Assembly (NCBI GenBank): GCA_016930515.1
Contig: JAFGGO010000065.1
Location: forward strand, 1 to 36,572
DNA from: Promethearchaeota archaeon
Lineage (GTDB): Archaea; Asgardarchaeota; Lokiarchaeia; Sigyniarchaeales; SOKP01
Direction: 5' to 3'
DNA length: 36,572 nucleotides
The translations under genes and the position numbers were made by a program. Under the pieces are notes generated by a model. It made no database searches. It saw nothing but the letters and a program-made list of their open reading frames with translations, and was not told where the DNA came from. This document shows positions 8,509 to 17,755 of this stretch, piece after piece. Position 1 is the first letter of the stretch. Each line of letters begins with the position of its first letter.

Positions 8509-10473
8509 TTATAAAAATTGGGTCAATGCTTCCAACAAATGTTCTAATGTTTCCAATTCGGGAATGAAGAGAAAAGTACCCGTGACCTTGATGTCTTTAA
8601 TTATAACGGCGGTAGTAATGACAAGGGATAATTTTTTTAGGATACCAATTTCTTCTTTTAATATATTAAATAATTGTCTCCCCAAGTCAATGCTCATATC
8701 GGGAGGTTCGGTCATTAACCTTATACCTAATAGATCCCCAAGTGCTGTGGTGTAATGACTCGCAAGGATGTGACCTAGCTCTCCAATGGCACTTCTCTCA
8801 AGCTCGGGAAAATCAGTTATCGAATTAATATCTGATACTTTTAGTTTATGTGCATCTCCCCCTTCAACCATGATCCCCGCTAATCTTAAAATGTCAGAAA
8901 CCTTAAAGATTGAGAGTACCGTTGAACGAGTCTTCCCAGTAACATTGCTCCAAGCGACAAACAATTTTAAGTTCTTTTTACTGATATTATCTGCGTAGGT
9001 GTCCAATTCTACCATTTCAACTGCTGGAATGTTTATATCCACTCTTTTATTAATCATTTTTGCTAAAGCGTTTGCTGCGTTTCCTGCACCGATGTTGCCT
9101 ACTTCTTGAAGAGCATCTTTTTGTTGTTCTGTTAATATGATTGATTGTTCAGGTAACGGTTTTGCGGCGATTACTAGTTCATCCTCAATTCCAAGTGATT
9201 TGAAAAGATTATCTAACGAATCGATATCTGGTATGAAGAAGAAGTAACCTCTCAGCTGCAAGTCAACAACTCTCATTTCTGTTTTTATTAATACGACATA
9301 CTCCGAGAGTGCGCTAACCTCTTGTGCAAGGAAATCGCTTAGCTCGCCCGCCTTGCTCATGGTAAACTCGGGCACTTCGATTGATATTCTTTGTTCCATG
9401 AGGTCTGCCAAGGAGGAGGCATAATGACCTGCGAGAATGTTACCAACCTCAACTACGGTCGAAATAGCAAATTCGTCCAAGTCTTTCTTTTGCTTTACTT
9501 TATTTGGATCGATTTTTGATTCTTTTCCTGCCAAATCTTTAACGAGTTTCATCAAAGGTGTTGAGTCGAATACTTGAAGGATGGTCGATTGGGATGGTTG
9601 TTTTATGTGACTGAAGATACCACACACAACCTCGTTTTTTCCACCGAATTGTTTATGAAGGTCTTGAAATGATATTATACCAACATCGGTGAGGTCAACA
9701 TCGATTCGTTTGTTGATCAATCTTGACAATGCCGTAATTGCATTTCCCGATCCAATGTTGCCAATTTCCTTTAGAGCGTCTTGTTGAATTTTTGTGAGTT
9801 TGATATAACCCTCCTCTGAAGGAATCTCTACTTTTGCAGGTTTTATCGAGCTAGTACTGGCTGCTTTTACTTGAGTTGGTGTCTTCTTGCTCGTAGTTTT
9901 AGTTAAGTCGATATCTGCCACGATTTGAGGGCCTTGGGGCTCGATCTTTGGAAGTGGGGTTGGAACGAATCGCTCTTTCATGGCTCGCGGCGCTTCCATT
10001 TCTTCGTGAATTTCGCCTAATTTTGTAAAAATTGCTTCAAGATCAAGGACGATACATGTTTGATTTTCTTCCATTCCAATGTATTTTATGAATTTCCAGT
10101 CTATTTCGGTTTTAATTATCGAAGATTGAGATTCAAATATCGTATTCGGTAATTTTTTTATAGATTCCACAGAATCAACCAAAAATCCAAGGTTTAAGGC
10201 CTTATACTCCAATAATACGATACGAGAATCCTCGGAGATTTTAAATTGATCTGTATAATCGGGATGCAATATATGGGTTAAAGAGACGATAGTGTAGATA
10301 TCTCCACGAACATCGATTATTCCAACAATATGCCTTTCTGCTAATGGAATTGGTATTATAGCCATTTCAGGAACTTGGATCTCTTTAACTTCTCCCATTT
10401 CTAAATAAAATATCTCGTCGTTAATCTTAATTTCAACGAGAGTCAAATATTTCATGAGCTCTGATTCTGTCAT
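8509..10473 (-). CDS. CheW-CheC-CheC fusion protein
   Basis: N-terminal CheW (GIIDVRGDIYTIVSL, GFLVDSV); P/K/T/S-rich linker; two CheC units (EIGN/EVGN and EVGN/ELGH). Confidence 0.88.
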   Translation of the reverse strand: MTESELMKYLTLVEIKINDEIFYLEMGEVKEIQVPEMAIIPIPLAERHIVGIIDVRGDIYTIVSLTHILHPDYTDQFKISEDSRIVLLEYKALNLGFLVDSVESIKKLPNTIFESQSSIIKTEIDWKFIKYIGMEENQTCIVLDLEAIFTKLGEIHEEMEAPRAMKERFVPTPLPKIEPQGPQIVADIDLTKTTSKKTPTQVKAASTSSIKPAKVEIPSEEGYIKLTKIQQDALKEIGNIGSGNAITALSRLINKRIDVDLTDVGIISFQDLHKQFGGKNEVVCGIFSHIKQPSQSTILQVFDSTPLMKLVKDLAGKESKIDPNKVKQKKDLDEFAISTVVEVGNILAGHYASSLADLMEQRISIEVPEFTMSKAGELSDFLAQEVSALSEYVVLIKTEMRVVDLQLRGYFFFIPDIDSLDNLFKSLGIEDELVIAAKPLPEQSIILTEQQKDALQEVGNIGAGNAANALAKMINKRVDINIPAVEMVELDTYADNISKKNLKLFVAWSNVTGKTRSTVLSIFKVSDILRLAGIMVEGGDAHKLKVSDINSITDFPELERSAIGELGHILASHYTTALGDLLGIRLMTEPPDMSIDLGRQLFNILKEEIGILKKLSLVITTAVIIKDIKVTGTFLFIPELETLEHLLEALTQFL

Positions 10474-10498
10474 TTTTTTTACCTCTTTAGAACGATTA

Positions 10499-11353
10499 CT
10501 ATATATTTTTTTTTAGCATTATACCTTTCCACATGATTTCGCTTTCTGATTCGTCATGGGCGTATTCTGAGAAAAACCCCGGCTTTTTAACAACGGTTAC
10601 TTGGCCTCCTTCGATATTTAGATAAATATAATCTAATAAATCATCCAAATTGGTGAAATTAAAGCCAGCAATGTTTAAATCGGTGTTATCTACCATTAAT
10701 AAATCTACTCCAGCAAATGGCCTTCTATCGTCAACTAACTCGATCCATAATTCAGGAGAAAGGTCTTTTTTCTCGATTTTGATTGTTATATCTATAGGTA
10801 TATTTCTATATGTTTTATTCGGAGCAATTATAATGCGATCGGGAAATATTTTCTTTTGTTTTGAAAATTCTACGATTCCTGCTATCAGAGCATCGTAATC
10901 CTTTTTTTCAAGGACTTCAAAACAAGATATGAAGATAGTATTTTTATCTTGAGTCTCAACTATCAAGTCAACGCTCTTATCCTTGCTTGCTTTATTGATC
11001 TGAATTGATTTAACGCTAAAATCCCTTATATATTTTAAATATTGATAAAATCTCCATTTTACAGCAATTTTATTATTTAATTCCTTGCTTATGAACACTT
11101 TATAGAGAAGTTGCAGTTTGTCTTCTTTTAATTTAGATATATTTGCCTCGTCTTTCTTTTGCTTGTCGAAACTCAGGAACTCTTCCTTACCTTTCCCATT
11201 AAAATCTTCTAAAAGGGTATCCAGCTCGAATTGTGTAAGTTTGGGTGCGATATAATCTATTAAGTAGGCCAATCGTTTTTGCGATTTATCTTGTAAGGTA
11301 TTATAATACTGAATGCTCATTTTTTTCACTTTTCCTCTATATTTTTTAACCAT
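10499..11353 (-). CDS. Hypothetical protein in che cluster (possible degenerate PD-(D/E)xK-like fold); start may be ATG at 11320
   Basis: 284-aa ORF abutting neighbours; VDLIVETQDKNTIFISC resembles a D...ExK core without the ExK; AGAGG upstream of 11320. Confidence 0.6.
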   Translation of the reverse strand: MVKKYRGKVKKMSIQYYNTLQDKSQKRLAYLIDYIAPKLTQFELDTLLEDFNGKGKEEFLSFDKQKKDEANISKLKEDKLQLLYKVFISKELNNKIAVKWRFYQYLKYIRDFSVKSIQINKASKDKSVDLIVETQDKNTIFISCFEVLEKKDYDALIAGIVEFSKQKKIFPDRIIIAPNKTYRNIPIDITIKIEKKDLSPELWIELVDDRRPFAGVDLLMVDNTDLNIAGFNFTNLDDLLDYIYLNIEGGQVTVVKKPGFFSEYAHDESESEIMWKGIMLKKNI

Positions 11354-13376
11354 AGAAATACGATTCTAATTCTGATGCTTTTATTTCTTTTCCAGATATG
11401 TTCTTCAAATAATACATGATTTCTTGTTCTTGAAAAGGAAGAATATTTTTTATCGTGTAAGTGATCGTGTTGATACCATCGCTTTTGTTGCTGACGATTT
11501 TATGTTCCATGCTTGAAGTTATTAATTCGAAAGACTCTGGATAAGTATCAACAATTTCTAAATTCTCCAATTCAACATTTGACTTGTTTTTTATCGTAAT
11601 GACGATTGCAAATTCGTCGTGTGTTCTTCCCGGATAAATTTCCTTTCCTATAGATGCTTTACGACGTTTATGTGCAACTTTTAGAGAAGGTACTTCCTTT
11701 TCCTTTGAAACGGTTTCTTCTTTTACATAGAAAACTTTCAAGGCTGCTTGACCTTCGAATTTGTAATCTTTTAAATCTCCTTGATCCTTGAATTTGTGAT
11801 AAATGGATTTTATTTCAAGTGGAAATTTATAATCTTTTTTATTATCTGGGGATACAGCCTTAAATGAATATTTTAATTCAATAAAATCATTTGTTCCTAT
11901 TGCGTTTATAAGGCTACTTTTATTGCTTATCTCGATTGAATGTGAAGTATTGGGGTCTTCGTTAGGTGGTTCAATTTTTAAGTCAAAATCTTCCGAATTT
12001 AAAGCCCCTGTATGGTTTGAAAATACATATTCAGAAACATTCTTTGGTGGAAGAAAATCCTCTGGTATGCTTTCTTTTATCACAATTCCTTTTACAGGGA
12101 TGGTGCCCATATTTTCCATTTTTACTACAGCGTGAACGATAGATTCTTCGAACGATTTTATTTCCTTTTCTGAAATCTCTTTTGTAATCCGCAAACCAAT
12201 TATATTGAAAATTTCATCTTCAATGCGAGCTACTACTTCCGTATTTTCGTCTTTTTTATACACAATGGAATATCCGAGTTTTCTTGAAAACCTTGGCTCC
12301 TCTTCGCTTTCAACTCGCCAAGATTTAGAGATATATTCCTCTCCTGGTTGAATCAACTCTTTGAGTGAAGATGAATCGAGTTCCAAGTAAGTATTCGTTT
12401 TTGTCTTGTCAGTAACTTTAATGGAACTAAGTTGAATGGGAAAACTACTCTTGTTTGTGAATCTAAAAGAACAATTCCACTTATTTGGCGCTTCGTCAAT
12501 TTCTATTTTTTCTATAAGATGAAGTGCGTGCGAGTAAGCTGAAAAAGTGTTAATCTTTGTTCCCGAAATTATGTGGTTGCTAATGACATAAGATAAATCA
12601 ATCTTTCCCGTCCTGATGTTCTCCTTAGTTTTAGGGTTGACTTTACAGTTGATTGTTAAATTCTTGGTTTCTCCCGGTTTCATTTCGTTAATGAACCAGT
12701 CGATCGTGTTTCCGCTGACTTTTACACTCTTGTCTTGGGTATTGTGTTCAAATTTCAGCCCATAAAAACTTTTAGATAAACTTTTTCTCACATTGAGGTT
12801 CTTCAGGGATAAGCGTGAATTATTTTTAGCCGTAAGGTGAAAAATTACTGAATTTTCTTTTCCGTACATTAAATAAAAATTAAGCTTTTCTAAATTGCTT
12901 TCGTCCGCAAAAACTCGACCTTGCTCGTCTAGTATTTCGATTTTTTCTTTAAAACCCAAGACTTGCTTGAGTTGTTCTCCGTTTATGATGTTATATTTGA
13001 TATTCCTGCTTGTTTTTGGTTCAAAAATACCGAGGTTCATCTCGTTTTCAGACTCCAGACTAGTGAATTCTGAACCAGAAAAAGTTATCTGAGCGTCCCA
13101 GATCCTATCCTTACTTGAGTTATTGGTGATGAGAATATTTCCATACCCTTCAAGGGATTTTATCGAACCATCGTGAGTCAAATGATATTCCAAAAGTTCT
13201 TCGTTTTCAATAATGACTTCTGAAATGGAAGTGCTAAGTTCGGAGCTAACGCGTGCTTTTTTTTCTTCTAGTGCTTCTTCCTTGACAACCTGTCCTAAAA
13301 TATTTATTGGTATTCCAATAAAACTTGGTCCTTGCTTTATTTTTAGTTCCGTTATGGTAATATTTTTAAATCCCAT
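11346..13376 (-). CDS. Cytoplasmic multi-beta-sandwich protein (mu-homology/delta-COP-like N-terminal part, DUF11-like Ig repeats)
   Basis: EELLEYHLTHDGSIKSLEGYGNILITN; NTIDWFINEMKPGETKNL; repeated xxNxx...IxxxD/ExxPxxF units; no signal peptide or TM helix. ORF is solid, family is tentative. Confidence 0.55.
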   Translation of the reverse strand: MGFKNITITELKIKQGPSFIGIPINILGQVVKEEALEEKKARVSSELSTSISEVIIENEELLEYHLTHDGSIKSLEGYGNILITNNSSKDRIWDAQITFSGSEFTSLESENEMNLGIFEPKTSRNIKYNIINGEQLKQVLGFKEKIEILDEQGRVFADESNLEKLNFYLMYGKENSVIFHLTAKNNSRLSLKNLNVRKSLSKSFYGLKFEHNTQDKSVKVSGNTIDWFINEMKPGETKNLTINCKVNPKTKENIRTGKIDLSYVISNHIISGTKINTFSAYSHALHLIEKIEIDEAPNKWNCSFRFTNKSSFPIQLSSIKVTDKTKTNTYLELDSSSLKELIQPGEEYISKSWRVESEEEPRFSRKLGYSIVYKKDENTEVVARIEDEIFNIIGLRITKEISEKEIKSFEESIVHAVVKMENMGTIPVKGIVIKESIPEDFLPPKNVSEYVFSNHTGALNSEDFDLKIEPPNEDPNTSHSIEISNKSSLINAIGTNDFIELKYSFKAVSPDNKKDYKFPLEIKSIYHKFKDQGDLKDYKFEGQAALKVFYVKEETVSKEKEVPSLKVAHKRRKASIGKEIYPGRTHDEFAIVITIKNKSNVELENLEIVDTYPESFELITSSMEHKIVSNKSDGINTITYTIKNILPFQEQEIMYYLKNISGKEIKASELESYFYG

Positions 13377-13401
13377 TTTTTTTTCCTCTTTAATTGAATT
13401 T

Positions 13402-15495
13402 TTATTGAATGCTGGTTAATTTAGTAAATTTATCGGGAGTTATGTTCGTATCAATTATGCTTAAAACATCTAATACTAAACATATGGATCCATCAGACAT
13501 TATTGTTGAACCCAAGATGTCGTAAAAATCGGAAAAATTAAACTTGAAAGGTTTTACAACTAAATTCATTTGTTGGAGAATTTCGTCTATTACAAAAACA
13601 GCAGAGACTTGTTCATCCTTCTTAATCCATACAGCAGTTTTTGAACTGCCGTTGTATTCTTGATTTTGATTGGAAATGCCTAAATATTCATTTAAATAGA
13701 TAATTGGTATTAAATCGTTTTCAATTTTAAAGTAATCTTCATCCCCCACGCTTTCAACGAGTCCACGATCGTATAGATAAATTTGATTGATGTTCTCAGT
13801 GGGTATGGCGAATAAATCACCTGCAACCTTAATAAGTTGAGCGTTAAGAATGGCTCTTGTAAAAGGTACTATTAAAGTGAATGTTGATCCTTTATCTTTT
13901 TCTGAATGGATCGTGAACGATCCTCCCAATTGCTTCATTTTATCGGCAACTATTGCTAAACCCATACCTCGCCCTGATATTTGATTTGCATCTGAAAGAA
14001 TAGAAAATCCTGGTAAGAGTATCATCATGTTTAATTCTTCAACAGAAAGTTTTTCAGCGTCTTCTTTAGAGTAGATCTTTTTTTCAACGATCTTTTCTCT
14101 GATTTTATCGTAATTAATTCCGCCTCCGTCATCAATAACTTGGATGTAAATGAGTCCAGCTCTTCTAGATGTTGCTAACATGAGGGAACCCGACTCATCC
14201 TTTCCTTTCTTCTTTCTCTCGGCGGGATTTTCAAGACCGTGATATATTGCGTTTCGGAGTAAATGTATGAGCGGACTATTAATTTCTTCTAATATTTTTC
14301 TATCAATCTCAACATTTGTACCTTCAAGGATGAAATCAACTTTCTTTTTCTGTTCTCTTGCTACATCTCTTACCAACCTGCGATATTTTCTGAAAGTCGA
14401 TTCAACTCTCACTAATTTAAGCTTGAATATGATTTCTTGAACTTCCATAAAAGGCTTGTCGAGTTCGTCAAATAGATGGTTTAAATCTACAAGACCTCTT
14501 TCTTTTAACATTTGGTTGATTTGATTTTTTAATATGACGATCTCTCCAAAATAATTCATCAGGTTTTCTAAAATGTTGATGTCGACCTTAACACTTGCAA
14601 TCTTTTCCGTTTCTTCTTGAAATGATTCAACAATCGTTGATCTTGATTCGAAATCCGACCTAGTTTTTTCTTTCGGAACACCTGAGGAAGATAAAGTGAC
14701 TGCCTGCTTCTTTCTAGCTTCTTTCCAGCTTGGAATGTCCTTATTAAAAATTACTTCAACATCTTTATTTTGAAGTTCAGACACGACCTTGTTCTCTATC
14801 TCTAAAATTTCGTCTAAGACTTTTAAAATATCTGAATCGATTTTTTGGGATAAGAAAAAGAATTCAAAATCGATGTTAAAATCTCCAGATTCTAAAACTT
14901 CGGGGTGGGGTTTGCTAAAAAAAATTTTACCCATGTCGTTTAATGCTCTTGAAATGATGAATAATCTCACTTTCTTAAATACGCATGTCGGTTGAAGTCT
15001 AATGTAAATCCTGTAAAACTTATTTTTCTTATCAGAAAGCAATTTTTTTACATCTGAAGGTGGAATAATACTAACGATTGATACTTCCAATTCGCTTCCT
15101 CCACTTTCGAATTCGTCAAAACTTTCCTTGATAGAATTGAGAAATTTCTCGTCAATATCGCTTAAATCTCCTTTTTTTACTCGTTTCAAAATTGATCTTA
15201 AAAGATCGAGACTATCAAAGAGGAGTCCGATGAAGGTGTCTTGTTGATTCCCAGCAATCTCCTCTTCTTTTGATTTGTCCAAGAACGACTCAAAAATATG
15301 GCAAAACTTTGAAGCTCTGTCCAAACCCGCCATTGCGGTGAGTCCTTTTAATGTGTGAAACGCAAAATAGAGCTCTTGCTTTGGCTTCGTTTCGTTTGGA
15401 TTCTTTTCCAATTTGAATATTTCGTCCTCTATTTTCTGGATGAGATCTTCAGCTTCGCTTATGAACAGATTGAGGTCGTCTTTAGATATTGACAA
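13402..15495 (-). CDS. cheA: Chemotaxis histidine kinase CheA
   Basis: HPt FHTLKG; P2 domain; KVDINILENLMNYFGE dimerisation; HLLRNAIYHG, DDGGGI, PGFS, SGRGMGL; C-terminal CheW domain; TTG start after GGTGA. Confidence 0.95.
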   Translation of the reverse strand: MSISKDDLNLFISEAEDLIQKIEDEIFKLEKNPNETKPKQELYFAFHTLKGLTAMAGLDRASKFCHIFESFLDKSKEEEIAGNQQDTFIGLLFDSLDLLRSILKRVKKGDLSDIDEKFLNSIKESFDEFESGGSELEVSIVSIIPPSDVKKLLSDKKNKFYRIYIRLQPTCVFKKVRLFIISRALNDMGKIFFSKPHPEVLESGDFNIDFEFFFLSQKIDSDILKVLDEILEIENKVVSELQNKDVEVIFNKDIPSWKEARKKQAVTLSSSGVPKEKTRSDFESRSTIVESFQEETEKIASVKVDINILENLMNYFGEIVILKNQINQMLKERGLVDLNHLFDELDKPFMEVQEIIFKLKLVRVESTFRKYRRLVRDVAREQKKKVDFILEGTNVEIDRKILEEINSPLIHLLRNAIYHGLENPAERKKKGKDESGSLMLATSRRAGLIYIQVIDDGGGINYDKIREKIVEKKIYSKEDAEKLSVEELNMMILLPGFSILSDANQISGRGMGLAIVADKMKQLGGSFTIHSEKDKGSTFTLIVPFTRAILNAQLIKVAGDLFAIPTENINQIYLYDRGLVESVGDEDYFKIENDLIPIIYLNEYLGISNQNQEYNGSSKTAVWIKKDEQVSAVFVIDEILQQMNLVVKPFKFNFSDFYDILGSTIMSDGSICLVLDVLSIIDTNITPDKFTKLTSIQ

Positions 15496-15517
15496 GGTAT
15501 CACCATCTCTATTCTAA

Positions 15518-15904
15518 TTATTGGGCTTTTTTACCTAGAATTCTTTCAAGTACTTCTAGGATTTGTTCTGTCTTAAACGGCTTTTGGATGAAGTCCTTGG
15601 CACCTTTTTTCGCAGCCTCTAGAACTAGAGCTTCTTGTCCTAAGGCTGATACGACGACGATCAAAGCCTTTGGATCAACCTTGAGAATCTCCTCGATGGT
15701 TTCAATACCTCCTTTTTCAGGCATTACCAAGTCCATGGTAACCATGTCGGGTTTTAGTTTTTTATATAATTCTACGCCTTCCTTGCCATTAGAGCCTTCT
15801 CCAACAATTTCAACGAAACCCGTCTTGTTCATGATATTTTTCAAAATATTTCGCGTGAACTGGGCATCGTCTACTATCAACACTCTTTTTTTTTCGTTTG
15901 CCAT
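15518..15904 (-). CDS. cheY: Chemotaxis response regulator CheY
   Basis: VDDA, phosphoacceptor TMDLVMP, SALGQ, KPF; single receiver domain; GAGG upstream of ATG 15904 (ORF track starts at 15919). Confidence 0.93.
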   Translation of the reverse strand: MANEKKRVLIVDDAQFTRNILKNIMNKTGFVEIVGEGSNGKEGVELYKKLKPDMVTMDLVMPEKGGIETIEEILKVDPKALIVVVSALGQEALVLEAAKKGAKDFIQKPFKTEQILEVLERILGKKAQ

Positions 15905-15922
15905 GATTCTTTTCCTCATATA

Positions 15923-16453
15923 TTATTTTGATAATTCTTTTTGAATTTTAACTTGCTCGGCTTCAGTAAGTATTTTTTCAACATCGAGAAGAATTCTTGG
16001 ACGATCTTTGGATTTAATAATTCCCTTTATGTATTCCATGCTTATGCTAGTTTCAAAGATAGGGCTCAGACCAACGACATCCTTTCCTTTCAAGTGGGAT
16101 ATGTTAATAATTCGGTCTACCAAGAAACCCGTGTTTACATCGTTAACGCTGGCGATTATGATATACTCGTTCGATTTTGATTCTTCTTGTTCTTTCTCTT
16201 CCCCGGCCTTCTTGGCCCTTAAGTGTTTATACTTGTAAAGCTTTAACTTTTTACTCAAGTTAATGACGTAAATGATTTCTCCTCTATAGTTATAAATGCC
16301 CTCAACATATTCGAAAGTTTGAGGCAACCTTCTAATTTGCCCTTTTGGAACTATTTCCCTTGCGTTTAGTAGATCAATCGCGAATTGTTCTCCTTCAACT
16401 TCAAAAAATATTACCGAAGTCGCTTTTTTTTCGGTTTCTGTCTTTTCCATCAT
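15923..16453 (-). CDS. cheW: Chemotaxis coupling protein CheW
   Basis: FAIDL..REIV, LPQTFEYVEGIYNYRGEIIYVINL, GFLVDRI, ILLDVEKIL. Confidence 0.92.
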   Translation of the reverse strand: MMEKTETEKKATSVIFFEVEGEQFAIDLLNAREIVPKGQIRRLPQTFEYVEGIYNYRGEIIYVINLSKKLKLYKYKHLRAKKAGEEKEQEESKSNEYIIIASVNDVNTGFLVDRIINISHLKGKDVVGLSPIFETSISMEYIKGIIKSKDRPRILLDVEKILTEAEQVKIQKELSK

Positions 16454-16470
16454 TCTTCCTACCTCTTTTT

Positions 16471-17289
16471 TTAAATTATAAGATATTCGTAAACTATATC
16501 TTCAAATCCATTAAATTGAGCAATATCACCATCGAATCGTTCTAAAGATTTTTTATACCTACCAACAAATTCTTCGGCGATTATATACATGTATCGCTTG
16601 AGCAATGGACTCATTCTTTCGATCAAATATGCGATAATAACTTTTTTTTCTGTGATCGTGTAAAATGATTGATTCCCAAAGTTAATTTCTCTTAACTTAC
16701 CGCCGCTTTCCTTACCAATTACGAATTGTGAGAAGGAAAATAAGGCAGAAATAAAACCACCAATTTGTACTTCTCCTTCCCGAATATCTTCTCTTATTCC
16801 CATTACTCTCGTGTATAATGGACAACCCGCGTAATCAACAATAAATAAACCGATCACGCCTCCAATTCGGGGAATATCAACGGTTTGTTTACATATATCA
16901 ATTAAAAAATTAATATCTTTATTTGAATTAAATTGATTTATTATTTTTTTTGAGTGTAAGTATAACTTTGGGTATACATGAGCGCTTTCTTTCTCGTCGA
17001 TGTATATTATGATTATGATTTCGTCAGAACTCGTTTGAAAATAATTTAGAAAAACCATAAATTCCTCAAGTGGAAAAAAAGATTTTCCATTTTTTTTGTT
17101 TAACATCTCAGTCTTGTATAATTCGATAATGTTTTGAATCAGCGATACTCCTATTCCCTTTTGCAATAATACTTCAAAGGTATCTTTTGTCTCTATTAAT
17201 GAAAGAGAAACTAACCCAACACCTAGTATTTCCAAGTGTTTTATTTGTTGCGTGTTATCAATATCCGTACTATTCGTCATGACCATCAT
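16471..17289 (-). CDS. Longin-domain protein (C-terminal longin/sybindin-like domain; N-terminal half possibly a second degenerate longin)
   Basis: GLFIVDYAGCPLYTR...GGFISALFSFSQ...LREINFGNQSF...EEFVGRY...FDGDIAQFNGF, a typical Asgard longin pattern. Confidence 0.72.
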   Translation of the reverse strand: MMVMTNSTDIDNTQQIKHLEILGVGLVSLSLIETKDTFEVLLQKGIGVSLIQNIIELYKTEMLNKKNGKSFFPLEEFMVFLNYFQTSSDEIIIIIYIDEKESAHVYPKLYLHSKKIINQFNSNKDINFLIDICKQTVDIPRIGGVIGLFIVDYAGCPLYTRVMGIREDIREGEVQIGGFISALFSFSQFVIGKESGGKLREINFGNQSFYTITEKKVIIAYLIERMSPLLKRYMYIIAEEFVGRYKKSLERFDGDIAQFNGFEDIVYEYLII

Positions 17290-17405
17290 CGAGGTTGACC
17301 TTTGAGTTTAATTAGATTAATAATTGAGCGTTCAAGGCTTATTTGCTCCATTCTGAACGAGATGATTTTTAAAATTTCTTTCAAACGCTTCAATGTTAGA
17401 TCCAC
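17286..17405 (-). CDS. Putative 39-aa small protein leading the che operon (MDLTLKRLKEILKIISFRMEQISLERSIINLIKLKGQPR)
   Basis: GTG start after AGGGAG; its TGA overlaps the longin ATG (ATGA); below the ORF-track cutoff. Confidence 0.4.
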   Translation of the reverse strand: MDLTLKRLKEILKIISFRMEQISLERSIINLIKLKGQPR

Positions 17406-17755
17406 TCCCCGAATTCTCCCTACATTCTATATTTTTTATGTAAATTAATAATCGTGCTATATTTCGAAACTTTTTTTATTATATTAACTCTTGTAGTGAA
17501 AAATGCATGCTTGAAATTTTTTCTGAATACATAATAAAAGTTTTTATTAAAAAGCTTTTAGCTTTCAATAATTTTTTAAGGTGTCAAACCATATTTTTCA
17601 TGATAGTTTTACTCAAAACAATAATCCGAGTTGTTTTAAGTACAACTTGAAAGCTAATCCAACTATAAAAAAAGTAAAAATATCGCTACTTTTTTTCAAA
17701 AGAATTGAAGTTTAAATCAAATTAAACGAAACTTAAATCGGAGAATAATAGAGTC

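Noticed and set aside
17667-17696. Inverted repeat AAAAAAAGTA...TACTTTTTTT in the divergent promoter region
   Set aside because: Low complexity; expected by chance in A/T-rich intergenic DNA
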